Below, one piece after another: positions 30,198 to 31,092 of a DNA stretch of 31,092 nt. The notes beneath the pieces were generated by a model. The model had not been told where the DNA came from and searched no databases. It saw nothing but the letters and a program-made list of their open reading frames with translations. The stretch's first letter is position 1; each line of letters starts with the position of its first letter. A program made the translations under genes and the position numbers. Source of the DNA: an uncultured delta proteobacterium (GTDB taxonomy: Bacteria; Desulfobacterota; Desulfuromonadia; Geobacterales; DSM-12255); NCBI GenBank assembly GCA_963787125.1, contig CAWBBV010000027.1:1-31092 (forward strand), read 5' to 3'.

Positions 30198-31092
30198 ATG
30201 AAAACATTACTCATCGGCGAATACAGAGAAGGCAGACTACTTGACTCAACCTACGAACTCCTCGGCTTTGCCAAAGAAGCCGGAGCAGAGAGCAGCATCT
30301 TCATAGTAGGCAGCGAAAGACAGCTCCCCGCCTACAGCGGCAGACTCTACCTGGCCGACGCCAAAATAGCCGGCGAATACAACCCCGACCTCCACAGAGA
30401 GCTGATCCTCAAAGCAATAGAAAAAGAAAACCCCGACTACATCGTCTTTCTCCACTCCTCCTACGGCTGGGACCTTGCCCCAAGAGTTGCCGCAAAACTA
30501 AAAGCCGCCCAGATAAGCGAAGTAGTAGCCATCAAAGACGCGGCTACGAAATAGGCTGCTGCAACGCCAAAATGAGAAGGACCGTCAAAACAACAACAGC
30601 AAAAACAGTCATAACCATCCAGGCAGGCGCCTTCCCCCTCCTCATGCCGGGAGGGTCTCCCCAGATAGAAAAGATCGAAGCAACCGCAGCCAGCAACCTC
30701 ACCTTTAAAGGCTACGAACCGGCCGAAGCCAAAGACGTCGACCTTGCCAAAGCAGAAATCATCGTCACCGCCGGAAGAGGCATCGGCAAAAAAGACAACG
30801 TCGCCACAATCCTGGCCCTGGCCAAAGCCCTTGGCGGCGAACTGGGTGCAAGCCGTCCCGGTAGTAGATGCCGGGTGGGTCGAGCACAGTCACCAGGTAG
30901 GCACCACCGGCCAGACAGTAAGTCCGAAACTCTACATAGCCTGCGGCGTAAGCGGCGCCATCCAGCACCTTGCCGGCATGAAGAAATCCGACTTCATCAT
31001 CGCCATCAACAAGGACAAGGATGCGCCAATCGGCGAGGTTGCCGACGTACTGGTGGTGGCTGATGTCTTGCAGTTTGTGCCGGCTATGACGG
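30198..31092 (+). pseudogene. etfA: Electron transfer flavoprotein alpha subunit, interrupted by two single-base frameshifts (possible assembly errors); runs off the window end
   Basis: Three pieces in successive frames: ...DLAPRVAAKL...IKD | GYEIGCCNAKMRR...[16 protein letters not shown]...GGELGASRP | [40 protein letters not shown]. One base missing near 30540, one extra C near 30857-30859. Confidence 0.85.

Noticed and set aside
30531..30870. Programmed ribosomal frameshifting in etfA
   Set aside because: No slippery heptamer at either site, and two opposite shifts would be needed; error or mutation is simpler.
29242..31092. Diversity-generating retroelement as the cause of the base skew
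   Set aside because: No reverse transcriptase or TR/VR repeat pair in the window, and the bias is in synonymous positions of conserved genes rather than adenine-specific variation.

Overview
Bacterial chromosomal window. Gene content and order (glnB-glnA, nrdJ, GAF-GGDEF, PIN-PhoH, tsaD, rsmA, ugd/uxs, ftsB, argS, trpS, scpAB, sfsA, etfBA) suggest a Geobacteraceae/Desulfuromonadales organism; this is an inference from recognition, not a search. Most of 1.7-22.5 kb is housekeeping. The left end holds the start of a probable IS1380-family element just downstream of a sigma54-type promoter. It also holds a 1047-bp integrase-less element in the 3' end of tRNA-fMet (46-bp direct repeat) carrying only a hicAB toxin-antitoxin pair. 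From 22.5 to 28.9 kb are accessory-looking genes: lipoproteins, a GNAT, an ABC-2 exporter, a DUF2156-like protein and a rhomboid protease. At the right end, two related palindromic elements of about 140-160 bp, built from 9-10-nt units, sit before etfB and etfA. Coding DNA downstream of them has an extreme A/C third-codon-position skew that flips to G/T at the window end. etfA carries two compensating single-base frameshifts.
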